Position numbers and translations under genes: made by a program
The notes under the pieces: generated by a model
Database searches by the model: none
The model's input: the letters and a program-made list of their open reading frames with translations, nothing else
Told to the model about the DNA's origin: nothing
Part shown: positions 37,398 to 46,002 of the stretch, piece by piece
Layout: every line of letters starts with the position of its first letter
Position numbering within the stretch: the stretch's first letter is position 1
Assembly: GCA_964577685.1 (NCBI GenBank)
Contig: CAZNZT010000001.1
Coordinates: forward strand, 1 to 47,977
From: an uncultured Methanosarcinales archaeon
GTDB lineage: Archaea > Nanobdellota > Nanobdellia > Woesearchaeales > JACPBV01
Direction of reading: 5' to 3'
Length of the DNA stretch: 47,977 nucleotides

Positions 37398-38636
37398 CTA
37401 TCTCTGTAGGTATATTGGCCTATGTACCCAATCTAACTCCTGCATTCTTTGGTTACCAGGCAAAAAGAAAGAATCCCAGAGCCCATGGGTTCTTGTTTTT
37501 ACAAATGTAGACATAAATATTTCATATTCTCCCATGGTAGGATTTCTATCTCTTACTCTGCCTCGTTCATCCCTATAGGCTATAATGACTCTATCAATAA
37601 GATTCAGATAAAAGCTAACTGAATTCTGATTTGGAATCCTTACTAGGCTTGTTTCAAGAGGGACGATTCTGGCATATCTTGTTTCAACTCTCCTATGATT
37701 TATTCTTCTTAGTTCCTCTGCTGGTAGGGTATAGAACTCTCTTATATCTTTATGAATAGCAGCAATGTCTTGTGCTACAAAAAAAAGCATGTGTGGGTCC
37801 TTTTGTTTTTTTCTTCCTCTTGCTCCCCTATATGCTATGCCCAGGTTCCTCTTAAATGGATGATTGTCCAGGGTTGAACCAATAGATAGTGCTATTATAT
37901 GTCTAAAAGAGTTATATGCTCTCGGCACAGAGTATAAATCAAAAGAATATGGGGGAACCTTAATCCTTCTTGAGGGGACCCGTTCTATCCTTACTGTTGC
38001 TCCATCTGTCGGGACAGCGTAAGAATCATCATAAGACCTTCCTATTCTTATAGATAATCTTGGGTCTTGTTCGCAATAGCAAGTAATCCAGCTTGCCTCT
38101 AGTTCTTGCGTTAAGAATGTTTTTCTTATTCTCCTATCATTTCCTACAAGTGGCTTCCATGTTTTTCCACTTATTTTTGTACCATGCCTCTGGAATGCTC
38201 TCTCATATGCCTCGGAGGTTAGTATTAGGAAGAAATAATGGATGTTGCTCCAAGGAGTATCGATGATATGGGGTGGAAGTTCTTCTCTTGGCCTTCTCCT
38301 TAAATTTTCTAAAGCGAGATGTAGTTCTTCTGTTGACCTAAATTGTGTTATTGTTGCTTCATTTCCATGCCTGAGGAAATGCCAACTTGGACGCCCTGCT
38401 TTTCCATCTATTCTGTAGGGCCCTCCATAAGCCTCCTCATAATGTTCCCTTGAGATTATAGGGTTTCCATCAACACAATTTGTAAGCCTAAATGCTATCT
38501 CTGGGGATGTGTTTGATATTATGTCTACAAGCTCCTCTGGCTCAGCATGGACATCTCTTATTTCTCTAGAGTGTTCTATAATTTGGGCGGGTGTTGGCTT
38601 AAAAAAGTATCTTCTTTTACCAATAAAACGGGCCAT
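37398..38636 (-). CDS. Orphan Arg-rich hypothetical protein
   Basis: 412-aa ORF with TATA about 25 nt upstream of ATG 38636. No family recognised. Confidence 0.7.
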   Translation of the reverse strand: MARFIGKRRYFFKPTPAQIIEHSREIRDVHAEPEELVDIISNTSPEIAFRLTNCVDGNPIISREHYEEAYGGPYRIDGKAGRPSWHFLRHGNEATITQFRSTEELHLALENLRRRPREELPPHIIDTPWSNIHYFFLILTSEAYERAFQRHGTKISGKTWKPLVGNDRRIRKTFLTQELEASWITCYCEQDPRLSIRIGRSYDDSYAVPTDGATVRIERVPSRRIKVPPYSFDLYSVPRAYNSFRHIIALSIGSTLDNHPFKRNLGIAYRGARGRKKQKDPHMLFFVAQDIAAIHKDIREFYTLPAEELRRINHRRVETRYARIVPLETSLVRIPNQNSVSFYLNLIDRVIIAYRDERGRVRDRNPTMGEYEIFMSTFVKTRTHGLWDSFFLPGNQRMQELDWVHRPIYLQR

Positions 38637-38720
38637 TACCAAATAGAAACTATTTCTTATTTTTAAATATTTATCAAAAAGATTTAAATATATTCCAAAA
38701 CTTCAAAGATTAAAGAAAAT

Positions 38721-38803
38721 ACGGCAGTGGTCCAGTGGTAAGACAGTGCCCTCCCATTTTCCTAGGAGAGGCACTAACCCGGGTTCAAATCCCGGCTGCC
38801 GTA
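38721..38803 (+). tRNA. tRNA-Gly(CCC) with a 12-nt intron at 37/38 (38757-38768)
   Basis: Acceptor ACGGCAG/CTGCCGT+A, D-loop AGTGGTA, anticodon stem GTGCC/GGCAC with CT-CCC-A, T arm CCGGG TTCAAAT CCCGG. CCA is not encoded. Upstream TTTAAATA. Confidence 0.9.
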
Positions 38804-38805
38804 GT

Positions 38806-40008
38806 TTATTTATCAGTAGATAACCATTCTTTTTTTAGTCTTTTAAGGCTGTTTTCCTTTATAGCAATCCGTATCTTATCTATTAGTCTAAGGATAAAGT
38901 TCAAATTATGAAACGAAGCTAATCTAAAGTAACTAAGTTCTTTTGAGATGAACAGGTGTCTTAGGTACGCTCTTGAGTAATTCCTGCAAACATAACAATT
39001 ACAGTTCCTATCTATAGGCCTATCATCTTTCTTGTATGCCGATTTTCCTATGTCTATCCTGAATTTATTCTTTTTGCCTCCTCCCTCAGAAGGAGATATA
39101 TATAGATGGCCTCTCCTTGCCCATCTTGTTGGGGCAACGCAATCAAACATATCAATACCTCTCTCTATGGCATTAAATAAGTCCTCTACTGCTCCTATTC
39201 CCAAAAGATGCCTTGGTTTTTCTTTTGGTAGCAGTGGAATCGTCCATTCTAGGATATTATGCATATCTTTTTTTGATTTTCCAAGAGAACCACCAATACC
39301 AAATCCGTCAAAAGGTAAGCTTGAAATAAACTTTGTGCTTTTTATCCTTAGGTCTTTGTATTTTCCTCCTTGAACAATGCCAAATAATGCCTGATTTCTG
39401 TTCCTGTATTCTAGACATATCTTTGCCCACTTGTGTGTTCTGATAAGCGCCTCCTTAGTATATTCCTTATTGGACAGAGGTGAGGTACACTCATCAAAAG
39501 AGAATATAATATCTGCTCCGAGGGATGCTTGAATTTCCATAGATTTTCTTGGGGTTAGTTTTATCTTTTCACCATGGTAAGGATTACGAAAGGTAACCCC
39601 AGAATCATCAACATAAGCCCATTTTTCTCCTTTTTTGTGATGCTTTATATTCTTTGGAAAATAAGCAATCTTACCAATTTCGTGCTCCATGCCAAAACCC
39701 AATGAAAATGCCTGAAAACCACCAGAATCTGTTATTATTGGTTTATCCCAACTCATAAACTTGTGTAAACCGCCAAGGCTTTCTATTAGTTTCTCCCCTG
39801 GCCTGAGATGAAGATGGTATGTATTTGCTAAGATTGCCTCTGCCTTTAGTTTTTTGATATCTTGTTGGTCAAGGGCCCTTATTGTAGCAAGGGTTGCTAC
39901 TGGAATAAATATTGGTGTAGAGAATGAACCATGCCTTGTTTTTATTAACCCTAATCTGGCTTTTGAGTTACTATCTTCTTTTTTTATCTTAAAATTGAAC
40001 TTAGACAT
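38806..40008 (-). CDS. tgt: Bacterial-type tRNA-guanine(34) transglycosylase
   Basis: ANTYHLHLRPG, TDSGGFQ, FDEC, GIVQGG, DMFDC, CNCYVC..H. No PUA domain. Confidence 0.92.
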   Translation of the reverse strand: MSKFNFKIKKEDSNSKARLGLIKTRHGSFSTPIFIPVATLATIRALDQQDIKKLKAEAILANTYHLHLRPGEKLIESLGGLHKFMSWDKPIITDSGGFQAFSLGFGMEHEIGKIAYFPKNIKHHKKGEKWAYVDDSGVTFRNPYHGEKIKLTPRKSMEIQASLGADIIFSFDECTSPLSNKEYTKEALIRTHKWAKICLEYRNRNQALFGIVQGGKYKDLRIKSTKFISSLPFDGFGIGGSLGKSKKDMHNILEWTIPLLPKEKPRHLLGIGAVEDLFNAIERGIDMFDCVAPTRWARRGHLYISPSEGGGKKNKFRIDIGKSAYKKDDRPIDRNCNCYVCRNYSRAYLRHLFISKELSYFRLASFHNLNFILRLIDKIRIAIKENSLKRLKKEWLSTDK

Positions 40009-40022
40009 ATTCAAAAGGATAG

Positions 40023-40607
40023 CTATGTATTTGGCTCCTTATTTCTCTTAGAATCATATAAAACCTCTTCTATCTTTTTTAGGTTCCACTTTATTGCATC
40101 CGATTTTTTCCTTAGGTTTCCATTTCTTAGGTCTAACTTTAGAAACTCTCCAAAGATATCTTCAACAAGGTCTTTAATCTTTTCAACTCTTTTGACATCC
40201 TTGTTGGCTATCATCACCGCTCTCCTCGCAAGCTCTCCTGTCAAATCGCAGATACCCAGAAGATAATCCTCTTCATTCACCCTTAGACTTGATATAGAAG
40301 GTATTTTACATTTATTTATGAAGTTATAATAAGACACAGCTTCTACATATTCTTGAGCAGCTTCAGAATAACTACCTTCGTAAAGAAGCCCCTTCTTTGA
40401 GAACGCAATCCTATCTAGCTTAGATTTTTCTTTTTCAAGCTGGTTTTTTAATTTTACAGCTTCTTTCTTATTATTCCTATGGAGAGAATATATTAGCCTC
40501 TTAGACAACTTTAGTACAACTCTTGCTTTTTTGATAAGTGCCTCTCTCTGTTTGTCATATGATTCCAGACTTAGTCTGATTTTCTCAAAACATTTTCTGT
40601 CAATCAT
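40023..40607 (-). CDS. Translin/TRAX (C3PO) family RNase
   Basis: QEYVEA, YLLGICDLTGEL.R, LRKKSD. Confidence 0.88.
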   Translation of the reverse strand: MIDRKCFEKIRLSLESYDKQREALIKKARVVLKLSKRLIYSLHRNNKKEAVKLKNQLEKEKSKLDRIAFSKKGLLYEGSYSEAAQEYVEAVSYYNFINKCKIPSISSLRVNEEDYLLGICDLTGELARRAVMIANKDVKRVEKIKDLVEDIFGEFLKLDLRNGNLRKKSDAIKWNLKKIEEVLYDSKRNKEPNT

Positions 40608-40713
40608 TTTACTTCAGGTAAGGGAGCTTATTATTTAAAATTTATTGAAAAGTTATTCAAGAAATTCCAAAACAGACAAAACTATTTAAAGACATAAGCG
40701 TTACGAGTTAAAT

Positions 40714-41349
40714 ATGGAAAAGGAGGAACTAGTAAGATATTGGAGGAGAAAAAGAATAATAAGGGATGAAAAAATATTAAAAGCATTTCAAGATGTGCCA
40801 AGGGAATTGTTTGTTATGGAGGAATTTAAGGATGAGGCATATGGTGATTATCCTTTACCGATAGGGATGGGACAAACAATATCGCAACCAACTACAGTAA
40901 TGATAATGACCCAGGCCTTGGAACTTGAGAGAGGGCATAAGGTCCTTGAGGTTGGGGCAGGTTCTGGGTGGCAGGCAGCCATTATAGGAAAGATTGTTGG
41001 GAAAGAAGGAAAGGTGATAACTACAGAGATTATACCTGAATTGGCTGAATTTGCTAGAAAAAATATTGAGAAAGCTCATATAGAAAATGTTAAAGTGATT
41101 AATTGTGATGGTTCAGAAGGGTATAAAAAAGAGGCTCCATATGATAGGTGTATAATAACAGCGGCTTGTCCAAGAATACCAAAACCAATAATAGAGCAAA
41201 CTAAGGAAGGGGGAATAATAATAGCCCCAGTTGGTTCTTTGTTATTCGGGCAAAAGATGGTCAAATTAAGAAAAACCAAGGATAGGATAACAAAAGAGAT
41301 ACTAGGAGATTTTGTTTTTGTTCCATTAAGGGGCAAATACGGATATTAG
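40714..41349 (+). CDS. pcm: Protein-L-isoaspartate O-methyltransferase
   Basis: VPRELF, GQTISQP, VLEVGAGSGW, APYDR, FVPL. Confidence 0.93.
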   Translation: MEKEELVRYWRRKRIIRDEKILKAFQDVPRELFVMEEFKDEAYGDYPLPIGMGQTISQPTTVMIMTQALELERGHKVLEVGAGSGWQAAIIGKIVGKEGKVITTEIIPELAEFARKNIEKAHIENVKVINCDGSEGYKKEAPYDRCIITAACPRIPKPIIEQTKEGGIIIAPVGSLLFGQKMVKLRKTKDRITKEILGDFVFVPLRGKYGY

Positions 41350-41912
41350 CTTTTTAGTTTGATTAATAAATCACAAACCTTTTCTAGTGTATCATCTATT
41401 GTTTTCTTTCCCATGGAATCTTCCTCAAAAGGAAAGACAACAGTACCACCGAAATGATTATTATCGCCAACTACAACCATACCATGTATATGCATCCAAG
41501 AATGTATTGCCTGAATTGTAAACTCCTGTCCACCGTTTCTACTCCTTCCGACAGCTATAGCTGCTCCAATCTTATCTTTTAATCTGAAATTGTTTCTTCT
41601 TAATGTCAGGGTTCTATCAAATAGTGCTTTTAATTGAGCTGAAACAGAGCCAAAATAAACAGGAGAGCTAACTATTATTGCATCTGCTTCTACTAGGTCT
41701 TTCCTAACCTCTTCCATAGCATCCTTTATTGAGCAATCTCCAGGATTTTCTCTGCAATAATTACATGAGGTACATGGCTTGATATCATTTTCAGATAAGT
41801 TCAATTTTTTTATCTCAAAGCCTTTTTCCTTTGCTTTCTTCAAGACATAATCTATTATTTTTTCATTAGTTCCATTCTTCACAGGACTACCACTTATTCC
41901 CAATACCTTCAT
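41346..41912 (-). CDS. Iron-sulfur flavoprotein / flavodoxin family (FMN reductase)
   Basis: ISGSP, CTSCNYC....C, SPVYFG, GRSRNGGQE. Confidence 0.88.
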   Translation of the reverse strand: MKVLGISGSPVKNGTNEKIIDYVLKKAKEKGFEIKKLNLSENDIKPCTSCNYCRENPGDCSIKDAMEEVRKDLVEADAIIVSSPVYFGSVSAQLKALFDRTLTLRRNNFRLKDKIGAAIAVGRSRNGGQEFTIQAIHSWMHIHGMVVVGDNNHFGGTVVFPFEEDSMGKKTIDDTLEKVCDLLIKLKS

Positions 41913-42901
41913 TTTAACCTCCTCTTTGTAACCTTGATAGGATTTTTTCTCATAATCTCCAATGCTTCCCTATACTTTAGCAGTTTATTTTTTGCTCCAT
42001 GGTATCGTATGACTGACTCTGCGTTTGTCTGGGCAAGTTTTATAGCAAATTCAACATTGTTCTTTTTTATTATGCCAGAAAGAAAAGAGGCAGCAAAGGC
42101 ATCCCCTGCACCTGTTGTTTCCACTACTTTTATGTTGTGTGGTTTTGTTTCATAAATTGTGTTATTGAAATAGACATTAACCAAGTGCTTGCCATCAGTT
42201 ATAACGATATATTTGATGCCAAAGCTTTTTAATGATTCTAGCATATCTTGGATTCTTTCTTTTTTTGTAAGCAATCTTGCTTCATCTTTATTTAGCACAA
42301 AAATAGTAGTTCTTTTTAGTATTTCCCCTATATAGTCTAGTCCTTTGTTTGCAAGATATTCGCTTACATTAAAGGCAATCTTAATATTATTCTTTTGTGC
42401 AAATTTAGCTAGTTTTATTAATGTTTTAAAGGATTCGCCCATCATAGTTGAAAAATAAAACCACTTGGTTTTTAATTTATTTATTTTTATTTCGTTAAAC
42501 CTTAAATCATTATTGCTTCCCTTAAAGGCAAGGATTGTTCTATCATGCTCTATACTATCAAGAATTATAGAATAGCCTGTTCTTCCATTTTTTGCGCAGA
42601 CGAGAAGTCTTGTGTCTATATTTTCTCTTTTTAGATGCCTCTTTATTTTCTCTGCATTTGCCCTACACCCCATCTTAGAGATACAAGCAACCTTATGACC
42701 AAGTCTTGCTAATGCAACAGCTGTGTTGGTTGCACCTCCACCCGTAGTAAACTCAAGACGGGTTATCAATATCTTTGAACCAGAGGGATAAGCCAGCAGA
42801 CTTGTCACCTTTTTTCTATCTCTTATTTTTATTAATTCTGAAAACTCTGTTTCAGCAAAAACATCCACAGTAGAACTCCCAACGGTTATTACATCATACA
42901 T
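41909..42901 (-). CDS. PfkB/ribokinase family carbohydrate kinase
   Basis: GGGATNTAVALARLG, N..E, ETTGAGDAF. Confidence 0.9.
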   Translation of the reverse strand: MYDVITVGSSTVDVFAETEFSELIKIRDRKKVTSLLAYPSGSKILITRLEFTTGGGATNTAVALARLGHKVACISKMGCRANAEKIKRHLKRENIDTRLLVCAKNGRTGYSIILDSIEHDRTILAFKGSNNDLRFNEIKINKLKTKWFYFSTMMGESFKTLIKLAKFAQKNNIKIAFNVSEYLANKGLDYIGEILKRTTIFVLNKDEARLLTKKERIQDMLESLKSFGIKYIVITDGKHLVNVYFNNTIYETKPHNIKVVETTGAGDAFAASFLSGIIKKNNVEFAIKLAQTNAESVIRYHGAKNKLLKYREALEIMRKNPIKVTKRRLK

Positions 42902-42964
42902 ATTATGGATATGCTTATACCTAATATTTATAATTTACTAAAAAGAAAAATATGAAAAAAATAT

Positions 42965-43315
42965 TTATGGATTTCTACCCAAGGACCAGATATCCTTTAA
43001 TGCTACAACAACTGTTGCTGGAACAACAAAAGCCAATAGCTGTGTAAAGATCCCACTTAGGTATCTTCCTATTATCTCAACTCCACCAAGTGTCTGTGTG
43101 GCTCCACCTAGGCCAGCTGCTATTATCAATACTGTAGCAACTAATAGAAATTCTTTTGTCTCTTTTCCAGCTACATTTAGAAATCCTACAATCAAGCCTA
43201 GGACGACTAGCAGTGATGCCAACCAAGGCGTTGCTGCTCCTAGTGAAACAAGCCCAAGAATTACTGCAATTATCACTCCCACTGTAAATGCGTAGTTGCC
43301 TACCCGCTTGTCCAT
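42965..43315 (-). CDS. Small Gly/Ala-rich four-TM membrane protein
   Basis: Four hydrophobic segments, GLIVGFLN motif, strong SD GAGGTGA. Confidence 0.8.
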   Translation of the reverse strand: MDKRVGNYAFTVGVIIAVILGLVSLGAATPWLASLLVVLGLIVGFLNVAGKETKEFLLVATVLIIAAGLGGATQTLGGVEIIGRYLSGIFTQLLAFVVPATVVVALKDIWSLGRNP

Positions 43316-43424
43316 TTTTTCTCACCTCTTATTATTTGTGGCTTTTTTTAGTGCCACAATAGGTATTCTATACTAAATCATATATAAATTTTATTGTTAG
43401 GTATGGACTTTTTGGCGTTATTCC

Positions 43425-44453
43425 CTAATAACTCATAGAATCCAATATATCATGGGCATTTATGGTATTGAGATACTGTTCAATCTCTGGTCCAAATCTC
43501 ATAAGAAATATCGTTCTTAGATATTTTTTTTCTTTGTTGCTTACTCTTGCGAATCTGTCTGCATCTATTAGTCCATAAGGGTAACCAAAAAATATGGGAT
43601 CTTTTGAATTATTTTTTAACAAGGTTAGCACTATGTTTATATTGTAATTTAATTTGTTGAATACTTCAAATTTAAATATATATTTTGAACTCTTATGAAG
43701 TTTGACAATATACAAATCCACTGGGCTACCTTTAATCTCAGCAACAGGATAATAATACCAAGAACTATTCGGTGAAATCTCATTCAAAATAGGTATTAAT
43801 GAGTTTCCATTTTCAGTAAAAATCCTTGATGTCTTGGAAAGGGCTGTTACCACAACATTTTTTTTTATTGCTGCTGCGTATAATTCATCTAGATAGCTAT
43901 TCTCATTAATGAATGATGGTTCCAGACTACCATCTAGAACAACTATTTCACCGCTATTTGCATTCTCAACAATATGTTTTGCTAGTTTCAATTCTGAAAG
44001 TCTTCTTACAGCATTCCCTATTGATGAGATTTTTACCATATGATTCCCTTTGCTTAGGGTTCTATCAGAAGAATCAAAAGATATATTCTGAATACTAAAG
44101 CTACCTAAAGGAAAAGGGTTTGTCTCATAGATTATTCTATCCTCCTTTTGCTTAGATGTTACTAATAAGAAGAATTCCTCTCTTTTTAATTTTATTCTTT
44201 GGTTATTCCTATAAGCCACACAGCACAATCTTATCAACTGTAAAGAAAAATTCACAGAGCCCAAAATTTCTATATTCCCACCATCAATGAAATAAATTTT
44301 GTTTTTTGTCTCAACACTTTTTATTTCACTAAAATTCTTTTTATCTATCTTTATTGGCCTATAGTTTGTATATTCTAAACGGGCATAGCTTCCTTTGTCT
44401 TTTAATCTTTTTTTTAACTCAAGGATTATATCATTGATTATTCTCTTAGTCAT
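43425..44453 (-). CDS. nurA: NurA-family 5'-3' nuclease
   Basis: FIDGG, VLDGSL, LSKTS, GYPYGLIDADRFARV. Confidence 0.85.
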   Translation of the reverse strand: MTKRIINDIILELKKRLKDKGSYARLEYTNYRPIKIDKKNFSEIKSVETKNKIYFIDGGNIEILGSVNFSLQLIRLCCVAYRNNQRIKLKREEFFLLVTSKQKEDRIIYETNPFPLGSFSIQNISFDSSDRTLSKGNHMVKISSIGNAVRRLSELKLAKHIVENANSGEIVVLDGSLEPSFINENSYLDELYAAAIKKNVVVTALSKTSRIFTENGNSLIPILNEISPNSSWYYYPVAEIKGSPVDLYIVKLHKSSKYIFKFEVFNKLNYNINIVLTLLKNNSKDPIFFGYPYGLIDADRFARVSNKEKKYLRTIFLMRFGPEIEQYLNTINAHDILDSMSY

Positions 44454-44496
44454 AAAAAGCAATAACTATTTAAAATATAAAAATAATTCTATTTTT

Positions 44497-45393
44497 ATGA
44501 ATGAGCTAGTGAAAAAGATAATAGAACTAAAGAAAAAAAAGAATGCAATCATACTTGTACATAACTATCAAAGACCAGAGATATATAAGATAGCTGATTT
44601 TATTGGTGATTCCCTAGAGCTCTGCAGGAAAGCAAAAGAAACAAAGGCTAATATTATTGTCTTTTGTGGTGTTGATTTTATGGCTGAATCTGCCAAGATA
44701 TTAAATCCAGACAAAAGGGTTTTTTTGCCGGAGATACAATCAAGATGCCCCATGGCTGGGATGGTAAACCCTGATAATGTATTAGCCGCCAAAAGAAGAC
44801 ATCCACAGGCAATAGTATGCAGTTATGTTAACACAACAGCAAAAGTGAAAGCGGTATCAGATATATGCTGTACTTCTGCAAATGCTGTTAGGGTTGTGAA
44901 TTCTTTGAAGGAAGAAGAAATAATTTTTACTCCTGATAAGAATTTAGCTAGATATGTACAGAGCAGAACAAATAAAAGGATAATAGCTGTTGAAGGGTAT
45001 TGTTATGTGCATGATAAGATTCTCGCTAGTGATGTTGAAAAGGCAAAAAGGTTACATAAAGATGCAGAAGTTCTAGTTCATCCTGAATGCAAGATGGATG
45101 TTATAAAGTTAGCAGATTATGTTTGTTCCACATCTCAAATGGTAAAGAGGGTTAAAGAAAGCAGTTCTAGGAAATTTATAATAGTAACTGAACAAGGAAT
45201 GGTAAACAGGTTAAGGATGGAACGGGGGGATGCAGAATATTACTCGATAGGGGGTATATGTATACAGATGAAGAAAATTACACTAGAAAAAGTATATGAT
45301 TGCCTAAATAATGAAAAAAATGAAATTAACATCCCAGAAGAGATTATGGTTAAAGCAAAAAAAGCATTAGACAGAATGTTATCTATATCTTAA
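44497..45393 (+). CDS. nadA: Quinolinate synthase
   Basis: HNYQ, GDSL, CGVDFMAE, CPMA, YVNT, CTSAN, HPEC, C.QMK. Confidence 0.95.
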   Translation: MNELVKKIIELKKKKNAIILVHNYQRPEIYKIADFIGDSLELCRKAKETKANIIVFCGVDFMAESAKILNPDKRVFLPEIQSRCPMAGMVNPDNVLAAKRRHPQAIVCSYVNTTAKVKAVSDICCTSANAVRVVNSLKEEEIIFTPDKNLARYVQSRTNKRIIAVEGYCYVHDKILASDVEKAKRLHKDAEVLVHPECKMDVIKLADYVCSTSQMVKRVKESSSRKFIIVTEQGMVNRLRMERGDAEYYSIGGICIQMKKITLEKVYDCLNNEKNEINIPEEIMVKAKKALDRMLSIS

Positions 45394-45938
45394 AAACTCT
45401 TTTTATTTAAATGAGTAATTAGGTTTTTAGGCACTAGTGGTTTACCATTTACAATCACATATCTAAATGGCAAGAATATTGATTCTCCTTCTTTCAGCTC
45501 TAGTTCAATACCATCCTTGAATTTAATCTTCTCTATGGGGGTACCCTCAATTATCTTTTTTGCAACATATACTGCATTATCAGTTGGCATCTGTTTTTTT
45601 CCTAGGTTTCTTCTTTCAAACCTTTTGTTACCTAACTCCTTTTTTGTTCTCCCTGAGGCAGGATTTGTGCCAAGAATACCGCCAAATACAAGATAATCAA
45701 ATTTATCTTTATCTTCTGGTTTTAGTTTTCTCTTAGCGAATGGGTCTAGGACACACACATTATCCAGATTCAACTCTTTCAAGCTCTTTTTTATAACCTT
45801 TCCAAATTTTTTTAGTTTATTTGAACTTGTGTTTGTAAATATTAGATTTCTCTTACCTACGATAGACGAAATATTCTGATACTCTAGAATAGACCATTTG
45901 TAAAGTCTTGATTCCAAATGTTCAATTATGTATTTCAT
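45390..45938 (-). CDS. SPOUT methyltransferase, Sfm1/DUF431 family
   Basis: YIIEHLE, W..LEY, FGGILG, LG..QMPTDNAV, LPFRY. Confidence 0.85.
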   Translation of the reverse strand: MKYIIEHLESRLYKWSILEYQNISSIVGKRNLIFTNTSSNKLKKFGKVIKKSLKELNLDNVCVLDPFAKRKLKPEDKDKFDYLVFGGILGTNPASGRTKKELGNKRFERRNLGKKQMPTDNAVYVAKKIIEGTPIEKIKFKDGIELELKEGESIFLPFRYVIVNGKPLVPKNLITHLNKKSF

Positions 45939-46002
45939 ATTATCTCATAATTTAATAAGGATGAATAAATATTTAAATCTGATGTTATTTTTTAGTATCT
46001 AA

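Noticed and set aside
38751..38770. Alternative reading as tRNA-Trp(CCA) or Gly(TCC)
   Set aside because: The stem register fixes C32-U33 followed by CCC. Other registers lose U33 or break the anticodon stem.
37398..38803. Integrated element at tRNA-Gly
   Set aside because: No integrase is present, and no duplicated tRNA end (att site) was noticed in the window.
44395..44496. N-terminal extension of NadA overlapping nurA in the ORF track
   Set aside because: NadA homology begins at ATG 44497. The extension is the divergent promoter region and the nurA start.
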